Source of the DNA: a virus
Lineage: Duplodnaviria > Heunggongvirae > Uroviricota > Caudoviricetes
Direction: 5' to 3' (one strand)
Length of the DNA stretch: 23,462 nucleotides
IMG/VR virus record: IMGVR_UViG_2617270947_000006
A model generated the notes under the pieces. The model made no database searches. It saw only the letters and a program-made list of their open reading frames with translations, and was not told the DNA's origin. The position numbers and the translations under genes are program-made. Of this stretch, positions 1 through 9,150 are shown piece by piece; the stretch's first letter is position 1; each line of letters begins with the position of its first letter.

Positions 1-60
1 CCCGCCATTAAAACAGAAGCTGAATTTAACGCCATTAAATGGCCTGAGCAGCCACAGTAA
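1..60 (+). CDS. Partial CDS (3' end only): putative tail-fibre assembly (Tfa/U-like) chaperone C-terminus, convergent with the tail-fibre gene
   Basis: Frame 1 is open from window position 1 (PAIKTEAEFNAIKWPEQPQ) and ends at TAA 58-60. The terminal I-x-WPEQP motif matches the conserved C-terminal tail of phage Tfa chaperones as I recall them. The 5' end lies outside the window, so identity is tentative. Confidence 0.3.
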   Translation, partial: PAIKTEAEFNAIKWPEQPQ

Positions 61-63
61 TAA

Positions 64-83
64 AGAAGGCCGGAAGGCCTTCT
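64..83 (-). terminator. GC-rich hairpin between two convergent stop codons; likely intrinsic terminator of the minus-strand tail operon, possibly bidirectional
   Basis: Perfect inverted repeat AGAAGGCC (64-71) / GGCCTTCT (76-83) with a GGAA loop, read directly. On the minus-strand transcript it is followed by UCUUUAUUACU. It lies 8 nt beyond the tail-fibre stop (92-94) and 4 nt beyond the plus-strand stop (58-60). Confidence 0.5.
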
Positions 84-91
84 GAATATCA

Positions 92-973
92 TTATATACT
101 TGCAGCCGTCACCCATGCTCCATTTAACAGATACTGCAACGGCCGGTAATACACGCCGCCGACGTTATCTGCCGTATTCTTACCGACATCCTGTACTTTA
201 ATTCCGGTAAGAACATTGCCGCCCCCCAGATTCAGATCCCAGCTTTCCCATGTTCCGGGCATATGTGCGGTCACCGACCCCAGTCTTATGGCGGTTACTG
301 TTCCTGATGAGATAGTGATATCCTGCGTCCCGTCAAAGGGAACACCATTAATTGTGTGGGCATTTGCCAGCCTGTTCGCGGCAACGGCGGTGCCGTCCGA
401 TGGCAGGGCATTCGCCGCCCTGTTTACCGTTTCCCGTAAACCGACGTTATCGATAAAAGCCCCTTTATCCGGAATGTCTGCGCCGTTCTGCTCCCTGCGC
501 AGGTAACGGTTATCACCTTCGCTTTTGCTGTAAACATCCAGATTATTACGGGCGGTTCCCTTATTCTCCAGGTCGGCGAGATTCTGATCCTTCGCCAGGG
601 CATTAACGTCAGCGGGACCAAGACTGTTTTTTGTGGCAAGCGTCCCCAGACCAAGATAACCACGGGCCAGACGCTGGGCCTCCGCACCGGCATCAGCAAT
701 TTCTTTCAGGTTATTTTTCCGGGAAAAGGCATTCGCAGCGATAATGGCTTTAATGGACAGCGTAAGCTGGTTTAACTGCGCCTTATCCGGCTGAATACTG
801 GCTTCAGCCAGAATATTCAGCAGTTCGGCCTGGAGAATATTCAGCCAGTCCTGACCAATCCAGCTGATACCTTTTTGTCCGTCACCTTCGGTAAACCAGG
901 TGGTGGTATTACTCTGCGCTGGTGCCAGCGCAGGCATATTCGCCACGCCGGAATTATTATCAACATGAAACAT
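92..973 (-). CDS. Phage tail fibre protein (Mu S-like position), 293 aa
   Basis: Last gene of the tail operon. The N-terminus [38 protein letters not shown] is typical of the conserved N-terminal domain of myophage tail fibres. ATG at 971-973 overlaps the upstream stop (TAATG). Confidence 0.8.
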   Translation of the reverse strand: MFHVDNNSGVANMPALAPAQSNTTTWFTEGDGQKGISWIGQDWLNILQAELLNILAEASIQPDKAQLNQLTLSIKAIIAANAFSRKNNLKEIADAGAEAQRLARGYLGLGTLATKNSLGPADVNALAKDQNLADLENKGTARNNLDVYSKSEGDNRYLRREQNGADIPDKGAFIDNVGLRETVNRAANALPSDGTAVAANRLANAHTINGVPFDGTQDITISSGTVTAIRLGSVTAHMPGTWESWDLNLGGGNVLTGIKVQDVGKNTADNVGGVYYRPLQYLLNGAWVTAASI

Positions 974-1533
974 TAAATAGTCTCCTCTTCATGGCTGTTT
1001 GCATACACGTAAATAAACGTCTGCCATGCAGGCTTATAACGGTTCAGAATACATTCCAGCGCACCGCCTTCATAAATACGCAGCGGCGTGAGAATATCAT
1101 CCAGCACATTCATATTCCGGTAGCCGGTTTCACTGTTAATCGTGACAATACTGACCCACTGTGAATCCGGTGATGGCTGAATATCTATTTCATAACCAAA
1201 CTCTGCCGCAAACCGGATATAAAATTCACGGTTAAGAGAGGGTTTCATCCGGTATTTATTCCCGGCATAACGCTGACGCTCCTGAATGGTTGCGCCGGTC
1301 ATATCACATTCCGGTAACCCCAGATAACGCTCCCAGTCTTCCAGCAGCAGACGAGATGAATCAGGAAAACGTTCTGCCAGCATCTGGTTACCGGTCCAGG
1401 AAACACGCTCCGTGGAATGACTGAGGCCCAGGCACAAAGCCGCAAGAACGGATGACGGCCGCTTATCCCATGCCAGCCCATCAGGCAGCAACTGCAACAG
1501 GGCACGCTGATGCGGGGTCAGGGTTACAGCCAT
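973..1533 (-). CDS. Mu gp48-like tail/baseplate protein (P2 gpI-like), 186 aa
   Basis: Size and position between the baseplate J-like gene and the tail fibre match Mu gp48; start overlaps the upstream gene by 10 nt. Confidence 0.75.
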   Translation of the reverse strand: MAVTLTPHQRALLQLLPDGLAWDKRPSSVLAALCLGLSHSTERVSWTGNQMLAERFPDSSRLLLEDWERYLGLPECDMTGATIQERQRYAGNKYRMKPSLNREFYIRFAAEFGYEIDIQPSPDSQWVSIVTINSETGYRNMNVLDDILTPLRIYEGGALECILNRYKPAWQTFIYVYANSHEEETI

Positions 1534-2609
1534 GTGATTTCCCCCACGGTCAGCAACTCTGTATCTCCGGCCATCACGGACTTCAGCGGGCTGCGAACTT
1601 CAAAATCCTCCAGTCCTTTCACCCCTGCAACAGCCCGCCAGAATGATGAAGGCAATACAAGTCCACCCGGCCGCGATTCGTTATAAAGCAGGTCCGTTAA
1701 TGCCTGTTTTACGGCAGCCTGATTTTCCGGCGTTTTGGGTACAATCCTGATCTCAAACGCCACCGGCTTATTGGTCAGCTTAAACACGCTGATTGTCGGC
1801 CCAAGTGGCTGACCAACGGGCTGGCCCGTCGCCGGATCATCATGACTGCGGATATAATCCGCCACCCGCTTCACATCACCTTCTCCGGGGAAAATGTCAG
1901 GGTTATTATCCTGAACAAAAGTCACACCAACACTACCCGCCTCAGGCCATTCAGGCTTACACCATGCCCGCGTCACGCCCGGTACTTCCCGTGCCCAGCG
2001 TTCAAAATCATACTGTGTTCCCCCTGATGGCGGGTTCTGTACCCGGAATACCAGCCTGGACAGCAACTCCGGCACCGTTTCCACATCCGCACCACCGGTG
2101 AGTCCCGTGCCGGTGACCGTGGCTGTCTGGTTGATGCCTGCCTGTGGCGTGATAAAGGACAGGCGGGTTCCGGTCGGGGGATTTCCAGCGCGCCCCGCAC
2201 TTTCCGCCTCCACATTAACATTCAGTGTTCCAGCTTTTCCGGTCGCAGAGCCGGTGATGCGGTACACAACACCATCGCTTCGCTGAAGGAGTACGCCTTC
2301 CGTGATCCCTGCATCCGTGGTCAGCATCAGTTGTACCGGTCCGTCAGCGCGGGAAGCCGGTTTACGGATGACACCCCAGAATGCGCAGTGTTTCAGGAGT
2401 TCGGCTTCATCAGCTTCTGTCGGAATTATCTGCCGGGAGATCCAGGCCAGATGTTCATGCTCCTGTGCTGACAGACCCGCCAGTGCATACGCAATGGCAT
2501 TCAGGGTGGTTTCATTCACGCCCGGCTGCGAACCGGGCAGGCGCTGGCTGATATCCTGTTGTGTCTGTGTGATCAGTTGCGCCAGTGGTAAGGGCTGATA
2601 AGGCATCAT
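1524..2609 (-). CDS. Baseplate J-like protein (Mu gp47-like), 361 aa
   Basis: Size and synteny; ATGA start/stop overlap with the gp46-like gene. Confidence 0.8.
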   Translation of the reverse strand: MMPYQPLPLAQLITQTQQDISQRLPGSQPGVNETTLNAIAYALAGLSAQEHEHLAWISRQIIPTEADEAELLKHCAFWGVIRKPASRADGPVQLMLTTDAGITEGVLLQRSDGVVYRITGSATGKAGTLNVNVEAESAGRAGNPPTGTRLSFITPQAGINQTATVTGTGLTGGADVETVPELLSRLVFRVQNPPSGGTQYDFERWAREVPGVTRAWCKPEWPEAGSVGVTFVQDNNPDIFPGEGDVKRVADYIRSHDDPATGQPVGQPLGPTISVFKLTNKPVAFEIRIVPKTPENQAAVKQALTDLLYNESRPGGLVLPSSFWRAVAGVKGLEDFEVRSPLKSVMAGDTELLTVGEITWL

Positions 2610-3043
2610 TCCCCCTTCATATCAGCATAAAAAATCATCGGATGTCTGCTTCCGTCCGGCAGGGTGATTTTCACGGAAAGCGAAAGGCGAGCATGCCCCA
2701 CACGCATGGCATGACATACCACGGATGTGGCAGCACCGCTTTTATGCAGCCACGCCAGCGCTTCATCAGCATAGGCCTGTGCACGGCTGACCACGGAGGA
2801 CAGCGTCTTTTCACGGCTTAACAGCCAGAGACGGGAGCCAACGGGGCGCTCCCGGAAACTGTCTCCCCACCATCCCCGACGGTCACGGGTGCCGTCAGGG
2901 ATTTCATCGGAATCCAGCGCCCGCCTGTCCGTAAACAGTGAAATAATGACCGCAGTCAGCAGGCTGTTATCCGTCAGAAGATCTGCGCCGTTCAGTTGCA
3001 GGGAACCGCAACCCTGATCCCAGACGACAGCAATATCAGCCAT
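2606..3043 (-). CDS. Mu gp46-like baseplate protein (P2 gpW-like), 145 aa
   Basis: Start placed at the internal ATG 3041-3043 (MADIAVVWDQ...) preceded by a GGGAGGA Shine-Dalgarno sequence. The longer track ORF (to 3256) would overlap the upstream gene by more than 200 nt and lacks a ribosome-binding site. Confidence 0.75.
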   Translation of the reverse strand: MADIAVVWDQGCGSLQLNGADLLTDNSLLTAVIISLFTDRRALDSDEIPDGTRDRRGWWGDSFRERPVGSRLWLLSREKTLSSVVSRAQAYADEALAWLHKSGAATSVVCHAMRVGHARLSLSVKITLPDGSRHPMIFYADMKGE

Positions 3044-3650
3044 TCTCTGGTCCTCCCGTTTTGCTGCCTTCACCGTTATCGTGATGCACATGACCTGAAT
3101 AGGTGATCCCGGCAATAACCGCTTCGGACATCGTGAACGTCCCCTGTGATCTTCCGGTGCCGTCAATGGACACATTGCCTTTGACATGCAGGTTCTTATC
3201 CACTGTGACATTACCGGTAAAGTGAGCCTCCGGTGTATCCACCTGAACACCTTCATCGGCGTAAATCTCCAGCGTCTTACAGGTCACAATGATCCGGCCG
3301 TTCTTTGTCAGACGTATACGGTGCCCCTCATGGTGATACACGCCGGTATCTCCGGCGGTAAGTCCGGTCGGGCGACTGCGGCGGTCTTCCACCACAAGCA
3401 CCACGGCCTGATCCCGTTGTCCGCCAGCACAGGCCAGAAAAACTTCCGCACCAGGCAGGGGGACGCTGATTTGCCCGTACTGCTGGGGGCGTTCAACGTC
3501 ATCAAAGGTTTCACCATCCATACCGGTGATTTGCACATTCTGGATTTTCAGCGTGTCCGTTGTGCCGGTCAGTACACCACGCCCGAACAGCAGACGAACA
3601 CCCCGCATCACGGGGGCCAGAAGGCGGCTGATGACTTCGTCATTCATCAT
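3036..3650 (-). CDS. Baseplate assembly protein V-like / tail spike-hub (Mu gp45-like), 204 aa
   Basis: Size and position after the gpP-like gene. Confidence 0.75.
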   Translation of the reverse strand: MMNDEVISRLLAPVMRGVRLLFGRGVLTGTTDTLKIQNVQITGMDGETFDDVERPQQYGQISVPLPGAEVFLACAGGQRDQAVVLVVEDRRSRPTGLTAGDTGVYHHEGHRIRLTKNGRIIVTCKTLEIYADEGVQVDTPEAHFTGNVTVDKNLHVKGNVSIDGTGRSQGTFTMSEAVIAGITYSGHVHHDNGEGSKTGGPENG

Positions 3651-4764
3651 TGAATTTAATCCCCTGTTTTTTCATCTGTGCCCGCACGAAGGCGTCCACG
3701 TCACCCGCATTTCCGCTTCCGCTGTTTCCCGGCTCTGCCGGAACAATAAAGCCGTCACGGGGTGCCAGAATCAGACGGGTGGTTTCGCCGTGATTTGCAT
3801 CCAGCGAAAACTCCACCTGACAGACAAGAAGATCACGCTCTTCCACTCCGGTGCGGGGAGCCGTGACAGCCGTCAGCAGGTTGATATCCCACAACTGGCC
3901 GTTCTCCCGAAACCAGTGCCGCACGGTGGCTGTCAGGCGCACAGAGCGGGCAACCGCCCGGCGCATTTCCCGGACAGCCCTCTGGCGTGCACCGTCTGCA
4001 TCAACAGCATGATCCGCCAGCACAATTTTCGGTCTGTAACGGTGGATGGCACTGTCTGTCACCGTACCAACGGGTGCGGCCAGCGTTCCGGCTGTCAGTG
4101 CATCCCCGGCATGACCACCACCACGCCCGTGCCCCCGTACACGGTATTCACTGTGGCGCAGACGGTGATCCACGTTGTGATCCAAATCCAGCAGATTTTC
4201 GCCCAGCGTCAGCGTGTCGCCACGCTGACTGCCGGCCTGAGTGAAAACCAGTTCACCGGCGGCATTACTGGTTACCAGGACGCCTCTGTGTCTCGCGGCC
4301 CGTGTCAGCGCATCTGCCACGGTTTCTGAGTTTTCCAGTGTGAAGGTGGAAAAGTGCCGGGCTGCCGTTGCATCATTTACCTGCCAGCGCACCGTGACCC
4401 CGAACGGAGCACACAAATCTGAAGCAATGTGCTCCAGCGTGCGGTTCCTCCACTGGCTGCCCGGATGAATGGCTGAACAGTCCACCAGGTCACCGGTTTT
4501 ATCCCGTCCGCTGAGCGTGATCTGAAAACGCGTGGCGCTGATGCGCTGCCGGACCTGATCCAGCCAGCCAGTGATCACAGGCTGACCGTCAATGCGCAAT
4601 TCCAGAGACTGACCGGCACGGACGGATGACGGAAGGCGTACACCGGGCATCATTACCCCCAGTTCAAAGGAGCCCGCCAGATGTTCAAGAGAGCGACGAA
4701 CACTCACCGTCAGCCAGCCGGAAAAAATCTCACCGCCCAGATACAGTTCAACCCTGCTGCTCAC
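3640..4764 (-). CDS. Mu gpP-like tail protein (P2 gpD-like), 374 aa
   Basis: Size (Mu P is about 379 aa) and position after the N-like gene; overlaps neighbours at both ends. Confidence 0.8.
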   Translation of the reverse strand: MSSRVELYLGGEIFSGWLTVSVRRSLEHLAGSFELGVMMPGVRLPSSVRAGQSLELRIDGQPVITGWLDQVRQRISATRFQITLSGRDKTGDLVDCSAIHPGSQWRNRTLEHIASDLCAPFGVTVRWQVNDATAARHFSTFTLENSETVADALTRAARHRGVLVTSNAAGELVFTQAGSQRGDTLTLGENLLDLDHNVDHRLRHSEYRVRGHGRGGGHAGDALTAGTLAAPVGTVTDSAIHRYRPKIVLADHAVDADGARQRAVREMRRAVARSVRLTATVRHWFRENGQLWDINLLTAVTAPRTGVEERDLLVCQVEFSLDANHGETTRLILAPRDGFIVPAEPGNSGSGNAGDVDAFVRAQMKKQGIKFNDE

Positions 4765-6097
4765 TAATCACCTCCACTGAATGGCCTCCGGGAATGAACA
4801 GCGGATCAACAATACCGTTACGGCGCACAAAACGTTGCCAGCCGGTACTGTTCCCGGTGGCACGGTACAGGGTCACCAGTGCAGGCTCGGTGGTACGTAC
4901 AGTCACTACTGTTGCACCGGGTAGCTGAACTCCCCGTGTATTCAGATCCTCTGTCAGTGCCAGTCTGGCATCACGAAGCGTCAGCGCCGTGGCGGTATAC
5001 CCCTGCCCGGACAGTGTCATCACCTGCCGTTCGAGCGCTTCGCTTAAGTCACGGTTAATGCGCTGAAGATCAACTGAACTTTCCAGCCAGACAGGCCAGG
5101 TACGGTGGGCTGCGTCACTGTCCGGCAGGGTTTCCTGACTGAGAACCTGATCCAGCAGTTTTCCCACGGTCTGTGCCTGGGCCACCACGGCAGCACTCTG
5201 CATTACCGCCCGTATCAGACGAATATTCTTTTGTGCTGCCGGTGTCAGACCGATGAGAGTCTGCGGATTATCCTGCTCATCCAGCACGTAACGCAGGGAA
5301 GATAATGTCCTGTACAGTTGCGGCATTCCCTGAGAGACGGCGGATGTCGTCCGGCCGATACTGCCTCCGGGCCGGGTATTCAGGCCTCCTGAAGACAGTG
5401 ACGGCAGCGATGGCAGGGTGATCAGGGCACTGAAAAGCCCCGCAAAAGATGAGGCCATGCGGGAAGGTGCTGTCAGTAATGCCGTGGCATTCCCTTTCAG
5501 CGCCGTGAACGTGGCAGTAAAGGCACTGATATCCTGTACAATCCCCATGCCGGAAACGGCATTTTCCAGGGCGGACACCTTATCGCTGATGGTTTCGGTC
5601 ATTGCCTGGACATCGTGCATTCCGTCAGAAATCACCGTCCAGCCCGCTTCCAGGGTTTCAAAAACCTTCCCGAGCGCGGTGGTACTCTTCTGCTCCAGAA
5701 TGGCGGCCGTGTCCTGTGTGACAGCAGGTGCGGTATCATCACTTACCGGCGTGACATTAATGGTGAACTCAACCACGCCCTGTTCAGCAGCGTTATAACG
5801 ACTTTCAAAGCTGTTTATCAGCACATTTAACGTGCCGTAATCCGGGTGAAGCAGCTCCCCGGCACCGGGAGCACGAAGGGCATCACGCAGACGATTTCGC
5901 TGTGTCTGAACATCATCCCCCATCACAAGTACACTGAACGTAAATTCAGCCAGTTTAGGTCCCAGATCGTCTGCACCACCGGTTTCCCGTAACGGATATT
6001 CCCGACGGACAATGTTTCGCCCGCCACGTTCGCGCTGCTCACGCCAGACGAGGAACGGCACACCACGGAACGCACCACGACCGTCACCAGAGGCCAT
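4748..6097 (-). CDS. Mu gpN-like DNA circularisation protein, 449 aa
   Basis: Start moved to ATG 6095-6097 (MASGDGRG...), which is preceded by GGAGGG 5 nt upstream; the track start at 6118 has no ribosome-binding site. Position directly after the tape measure gene. Confidence 0.8.
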   Translation of the reverse strand: MASGDGRGAFRGVPFLVWREQRERGGRNIVRREYPLRETGGADDLGPKLAEFTFSVLVMGDDVQTQRNRLRDALRAPGAGELLHPDYGTLNVLINSFESRYNAAEQGVVEFTINVTPVSDDTAPAVTQDTAAILEQKSTTALGKVFETLEAGWTVISDGMHDVQAMTETISDKVSALENAVSGMGIVQDISAFTATFTALKGNATALLTAPSRMASSFAGLFSALITLPSLPSLSSGGLNTRPGGSIGRTTSAVSQGMPQLYRTLSSLRYVLDEQDNPQTLIGLTPAAQKNIRLIRAVMQSAAVVAQAQTVGKLLDQVLSQETLPDSDAAHRTWPVWLESSVDLQRINRDLSEALERQVMTLSGQGYTATALTLRDARLALTEDLNTRGVQLPGATVVTVRTTEPALVTLYRATGNSTGWQRFVRRNGIVDPLFIPGGHSVEVISEQQG

Positions 6098-8159
6098 AAT
6101 TCCCTCCGTTCCAGACATTCACATCCAGTCCGTGACCGGACGTGTCATCAATATCAATACTGCGAGCCTGCCACCCTTCCGGGGCAACCAGCTCCACACG
6201 GGCAGAGGCTTTTTGTACCGCCTGTCCACTGCTTTCATCATCACTGCCCCGTAATTTCTGCCAGGCTTCAGTCAGCCATCCCCCCAGATAGTTACCGAGA
6301 TAGCTGCCCACCGTAGAACCAACGGCAATCCCCACAGGTCCGGCTGCCGCCCCCAGCGCACCACCGGCAATACTGCCTGCAAGAGAGCCGACCGCTTCTC
6401 CCTTGTCTGTGGCACTGGCGCTGCCATCCAGCAGAACCGGGGCTGCCATCGCGCCAGCCCACAGGGCACCTCCACCCAGCCGGCCGGCCAGTCCACCGGC
6501 ACTGCGGAAAAAGCCGGAGAAACGCCCCAGCCCCATGCGGCTACCGACAGACGAAAGTAACCCACCGGCGCGCCCCATCATGCGCCCCCAGAACCCTGCC
6601 CCACCAGAAGAGGGAGACGGTGGCACTGGGGACGGTGGCAGGGGAGGCGTGACCGGTCTTCCGCGCCCCGGTCCGCGTTTCCTGCGGCCCCGCCCCTGAC
6701 GTCCGCCTGAGGATGTATCGGTCGCGCCGGTGCCGGACAGTCCTCCTGTGGGCCAGTTTGTTACAAGTACTGGCTGAACGGCTGCCGGATTTACCCCGGT
6801 AAGAAAGTTTATAAAACGTTGCCCCCGTCCCTGAGATGTGCCTGGTGGTGTTCCGGCCGGAGGAGAGCGCCGGAAAGGTGAGGTCAGGAAGGCCGCCGCT
6901 GATAATCCGTATCCCAGCAATGCAGCACCCGGACGTATAATCCCCGTTCCGACAGCCCGCGCCATTTTCAGGGCACGGGTGGCGAGATACATGTACAGCA
7001 GGTATTTCGCGGCGGTCTGTGCCCCCTGACCAATGCGATCCAGCGCATCACCATAGCCCGCATCCCGCAGAGCCTGAAGCGTGTCGCGTACCTTTCTGAT
7101 CGCCTGATAAAACCCTGTCACTGCATCACGGGCATACTCAAAGCCCTGGTTCATGGCTGATGCCGTGCTTTCCGCCAGGGAATGGTAACTGCCATCAGAT
7201 TTGGCACTGTCAACCCATGAAAGAAATCCCCTGAGATTACCCTTCAGTTTTTCAAATGGCCCACTGTCCATCACATCCCGGGCAAACTGGTCCCAGACGT
7301 CACCCATCATGGCCGTCAGGCCACTCCAGGAATTCATTGCGTCCTTTTGTGCTCCCCTGGCCTGTTCCGCCAGCGTCTGAAATAACAGGCGAATACTGTC
7401 CGGCCCAAGCAGCCCTTTTTCACCAAGTTTTCTGACCACTTTCTGGTCCACACCCAGACGATCAGCCAGCACGCGGTAGGCATTAATGCCGTAGGTGGCA
7501 AGAATATTTGCATCCGCCGCCTGAATACTGCCTCTTGCATACATCTGTTTCAGTTGCAGGGATGCCCCCTGTGCATCGGACAGTGACCAGCCGCCCACGG
7601 CACCCTGATCCTGAAGCATGGTGACAAAATTTCGGGCCTCCCTGTCACTCATACCAAAGCCCAGACTGGACGTATATTCCTGCATGACGCCAGCCAGCCC
7701 CCAGGTGGTTTCCTTCGCATTCTGTATTGCCCACCTGCGGACATCATCAGTTTTCGCCCGATCCCCTTTGTAAAGGGAGTTCAGGCGAATCATATAGGTT
7801 TCCATCTCCGCTGCCGGGCGAATAAATCCCCGGTTAAAGCCATATACAGCAGCACCACCGGCCAGCATTCCGTAAAGATTGCTGATCCGCCCGATGGTGC
7901 CGGTAATACTGCCCTGAAGACGGTCAAAATCAGAAGTGACATGGCGGATACTGCCCCGCACCCCGGCCAGCGTGCGCTGCATCCTGCTTCCGAGTACATC
8001 TGTTTCCTGCCCGGCACGGCGGGCAGCATTTCCCAGGCCACCCAGCCCCGCCTGGCCGGAGCGTGAGAATGCCCCCAGCTCCTGTGACCACTGGCGGGAT
8101 TTGGCTGAGATATTGCCGAGCAAATCAACTATCAGAGATGCTCTGAGATTTCGGGCCAT
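6084..8159 (-). CDS. Tail tape measure protein (Mu gp42-like), 691 aa
   Basis: Largest tail gene, located after the tube and chaperone genes. Contains a Gly/Pro/Arg-rich low-complexity stretch (GRQGRGRRKRGPGRGRPVTPPLPPSPVPPSPSS) and Gly/Ala-rich segments typical of tape measure proteins. Confidence 0.85.
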   Translation of the reverse strand: MARNLRASLIVDLLGNISAKSRQWSQELGAFSRSGQAGLGGLGNAARRAGQETDVLGSRMQRTLAGVRGSIRHVTSDFDRLQGSITGTIGRISNLYGMLAGGAAVYGFNRGFIRPAAEMETYMIRLNSLYKGDRAKTDDVRRWAIQNAKETTWGLAGVMQEYTSSLGFGMSDREARNFVTMLQDQGAVGGWSLSDAQGASLQLKQMYARGSIQAADANILATYGINAYRVLADRLGVDQKVVRKLGEKGLLGPDSIRLLFQTLAEQARGAQKDAMNSWSGLTAMMGDVWDQFARDVMDSGPFEKLKGNLRGFLSWVDSAKSDGSYHSLAESTASAMNQGFEYARDAVTGFYQAIRKVRDTLQALRDAGYGDALDRIGQGAQTAAKYLLYMYLATRALKMARAVGTGIIRPGAALLGYGLSAAAFLTSPFRRSPPAGTPPGTSQGRGQRFINFLTGVNPAAVQPVLVTNWPTGGLSGTGATDTSSGGRQGRGRRKRGPGRGRPVTPPLPPSPVPPSPSSGGAGFWGRMMGRAGGLLSSVGSRMGLGRFSGFFRSAGGLAGRLGGGALWAGAMAAPVLLDGSASATDKGEAVGSLAGSIAGGALGAAAGPVGIAVGSTVGSYLGNYLGGWLTEAWQKLRGSDDESSGQAVQKASARVELVAPEGWQARSIDIDDTSGHGLDVNVWNGGNYGLW

Positions 8160-8161
8160 AC

Positions 8162-8344
8162 TTACTGCTTCGTTCTGATGATTTTTTCTGTCTGTCGGCA
8201 GTGCCGGTAAAGTTGCGACAGGGGGAGGTTAAGCGCCCATTCCGGACCGCTTTTTGTCACCATCCCCAGGATAATTGCCGCTTCTTCAATCTGATCCCGA
8301 CACTGCGCCTGATCGCCCCCGGTCAGCTGCCAGCTTTCCGGCAA
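8162..8344 (-). CDS. Possible frameshift-extension ORF of the tail assembly chaperone (no ATG start); hypothetical
   Basis: 60-codon open frame with no ATG (track start is TTG). It overlaps the 3' end of the chaperone gene in the +1 frame and ends 2 nt before the tape measure ATG. The arrangement resembles the chaperone/frameshift-product pairs upstream of tape measure genes in many tailed phages (for example P2 E/E'). Confidence 0.25.
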   Translation of the reverse strand: MPESWQLTGGDQAQCRDQIEEAAIILGMVTKSGPEWALNLPLSQLYRHCRQTEKIIRTKQ

Positions 8345-8762
8345 GCGCGGTATCCAGCAGGCTGACCGCTGCCATCAGGCGGGAGAGATCGCGCTCGCTT
8401 AACTGTCCAATCTGACGGGGTGACAACGGACCTTCAATGTCTCCCACTGCGGCAATCTGACGGCGCAGCAGTGCAACACCGCGTAACGACGGAGACGCTA
8501 TCAGCATCGGGCCATTGTTTGTCTCCACCACGCGCTCGGCTTCTGCTTCTGCGTCAATACTGTCTTTCGCTGTCAGTTCCCGGAACGTGACACGATATTC
8601 ACGGGTCTCACCAAACGGCAGACCATCAAGCAGATCCACATATCCCTTTGCCAGTTGCTCTGTCAGCCCGGCAGTGCGTGGATCAGCCCCCTCAAGTGCT
8701 TCCCGGATTGCCTCCATCACGACTGCCTCGGAAACTGCCGTTTTTTTCTTACGTGTGGTCAT
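8286..8762 (-). CDS. Tail assembly chaperone (Mu gp41-like), 158 aa
   Basis: Start placed at ATG 8760-8762 (MTTRKKK...) preceded by AGGAAAAATAAA; the track start is a GTG overlapping the tube stop. Position between tube and tape measure. Confidence 0.6.
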   Translation of the reverse strand: MTTRKKKTAVSEAVVMEAIREALEGADPRTAGLTEQLAKGYVDLLDGLPFGETREYRVTFRELTAKDSIDAEAEAERVVETNNGPMLIASPSLRGVALLRRQIAAVGDIEGPLSPRQIGQLSERDLSRLMAAVSLLDTALAGKLAADRGRSGAVSGSD

Positions 8763-8776
8763 TTTATTTTTCCTGA

Positions 8777-9142
8777 TCACTGAACACGGGTACTGGAGGC
8801 GCTGGCGAACTTCACGGAGATCTCCCCGCCACCGTCAAGCGAGGCCGGTTCACTGCTCCAGGCCTTCGTCATCATGTGGACTTCACCGGTATCGGCCACG
8901 AACTCAATCGTGACCGCAGTCCAGGTGTTGATTTCATCGGCAGCCGGTGAACCTTCTCCGCCAGCCGGAAATTTACAGTCCAGCGTCGCCTCACGGGGTT
9001 TCTCGCGATAGCCGTAGACTTTCGCGCCTTTCACCACTTCACGCTCAAAGCCGGACGGGGAGAACGTGGCTCCCTCAAGGGTGGCGTACTCCTGTCCGTT
9101 CACACGGATGGTGGCCGTGCCCTGATACTGTTTTCCGCTCAT
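8777..9142 (-). CDS. Tail tube protein (Mu gpM-like), 121 aa
   Basis: Small protein immediately downstream of the sheath gene; size matches the Mu tube protein. Confidence 0.8.
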   Translation of the reverse strand: MSGKQYQGTATIRVNGQEYATLEGATFSPSGFEREVVKGAKVYGYREKPREATLDCKFPAGGEGSPAADEINTWTAVTIEFVADTGEVHMMTKAWSSEPASLDGGGEISVKFASASSTRVQ

Positions 9143-9150
9143 GCCTTACC

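Noticed and set aside
886-911. Sequence CTTCGGTAAACCAGGTGGTGGTATTA inside the tail-fibre gene resembling one half of a Gin/Hin-type crossover site (GTAAACC core)
   Set aside because: Only the left half matches (about 15 of 26 positions overall), there is no dyad partner, and it lies near codon 25 rather than at a constant/variable boundary; most likely coincidental.
2606-3256. 216-aa version of the gp46-like ORF extending to 3256
   Set aside because: The extension overlaps the preceding gene by more than 200 nt and has an implausible N-terminus; the internal ATG at 3043 has a strong Shine-Dalgarno sequence and gives the expected ~145-aa protein.
3526-4329. Long plus-strand ORFs (for example 3526-4329 at 267 aa, 13264-13827, 17499-18098, 19935-20666 at 243 aa, 6403-6699)
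   Set aside because: All lie antisense to well-supported, syntenic phage genes, lack convincing ribosome-binding sites and have Arg/Ser/Pro/Cys-rich low-complexity translations typical of shadow ORFs in GC-rich coding DNA.
6590-6720. Pro/Gly/Arg-rich low-complexity stretch in the tape measure gene as a possible separate element or repeat array
   Set aside because: It is in frame within the tape measure protein and typical of flexible low-complexity segments in such proteins; not a DNA-level tandem repeat.
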